From NCBI RefSeq assembly GCF_023055435.1, contig NW_025964334.1, forward strand, positions 28,334,001 through 28,398,000: a stretch of 64,000 bases of DNA, in the 5' to 3' direction. Shown one piece after another: positions 63,797-64,000 of the stretch. Every line of letters begins with the position of its first letter. Within the stretch, counting starts at the first letter, position 1. The stretch is from Haliotis rufescens (taxonomy: Eukaryota). The notes under the pieces are model-generated. The model worked only from the letters and a program-made list of their open reading frames with translations, did no database searches and was not told where the DNA came from. A program made the position numbers and the translations under genes.

Positions 63797-63964
63797 ATGG
63801 AGGTTATCACCTGTCCAGACTGTGGCAAGAGTTTTACGCAAAAAGAAAATCTACAGAGACATCAGAAGCAGGTGCACAGGTCAACTCAAGACTCGCCTCC
63901 TCTGGATAAACACCTTCCTCCTCCTCCTCTGGATAAACACCCTTCTCCTCATCAGGAGCGTTAG
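63797..63964 (+). pseudogene. Duplicate C2H2 zinc finger ORF truncated by a SINE B insertion (63956-64000)
   Basis: CPDCGKSFTQKENLQRHQKQVH, followed by gcgttagctcgtcacgccg..ggttcgattccc. Confidence 0.65.
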
Positions 63965-64000
63965 CTCGTCACGCCGAAAACCCGGGTTCGATTCCCAACA

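Larger units (their letters stand above)
61192..64000 (+). mobile_element. Probable left end of a Polinton/Maverick-like element, with later insertions
   Basis: AGTAGT terminus interrupting a SINE; subterminal repeats of about 70 bp at 61400-61615; compact TATA-led small ORFs. No pPolB, integrase or capsid in the window. Confidence 0.5.

Overview
Repeat-dense animal genomic DNA, not prokaryotic. The SINE/LINE repertoire suggests a mollusc, probably a gastropod (inference). I found no host protein-coding gene that I can support; almost all long ORFs in the track, including the 2075-aa one, are tandem-repeat read-through. The window holds about 14 minisatellite arrays, three N gaps and many nested transposons: a young I-group (Nimb/I-like) LINE ORF2 (APE-RT-RNase H-CCHC, one nonsense codon, 11-bp TSD); two Penelope-like elements, one with inverted pseudo-LTRs carrying a minimal U3-A8 hammerhead ribozyme; a Gmr1-type Gypsy relic; Tc1 and mariner relics; CR1 and L2 fragments; a 9-bp-TSD MITE family; and four SINE families sharing a LINE-like 3' motif. 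The best leads are (1) a high-copy SINE with no tRNA head, a precise 5' end and a predicted pseudoknotted RNA head, and (2) the probable left end of a Polinton/Maverick-like endogenous virus at 61192, followed by a small basic ORF and duplicated C2H2 ORFs. Coordinates of degenerate elements are approximate and were read by eye.
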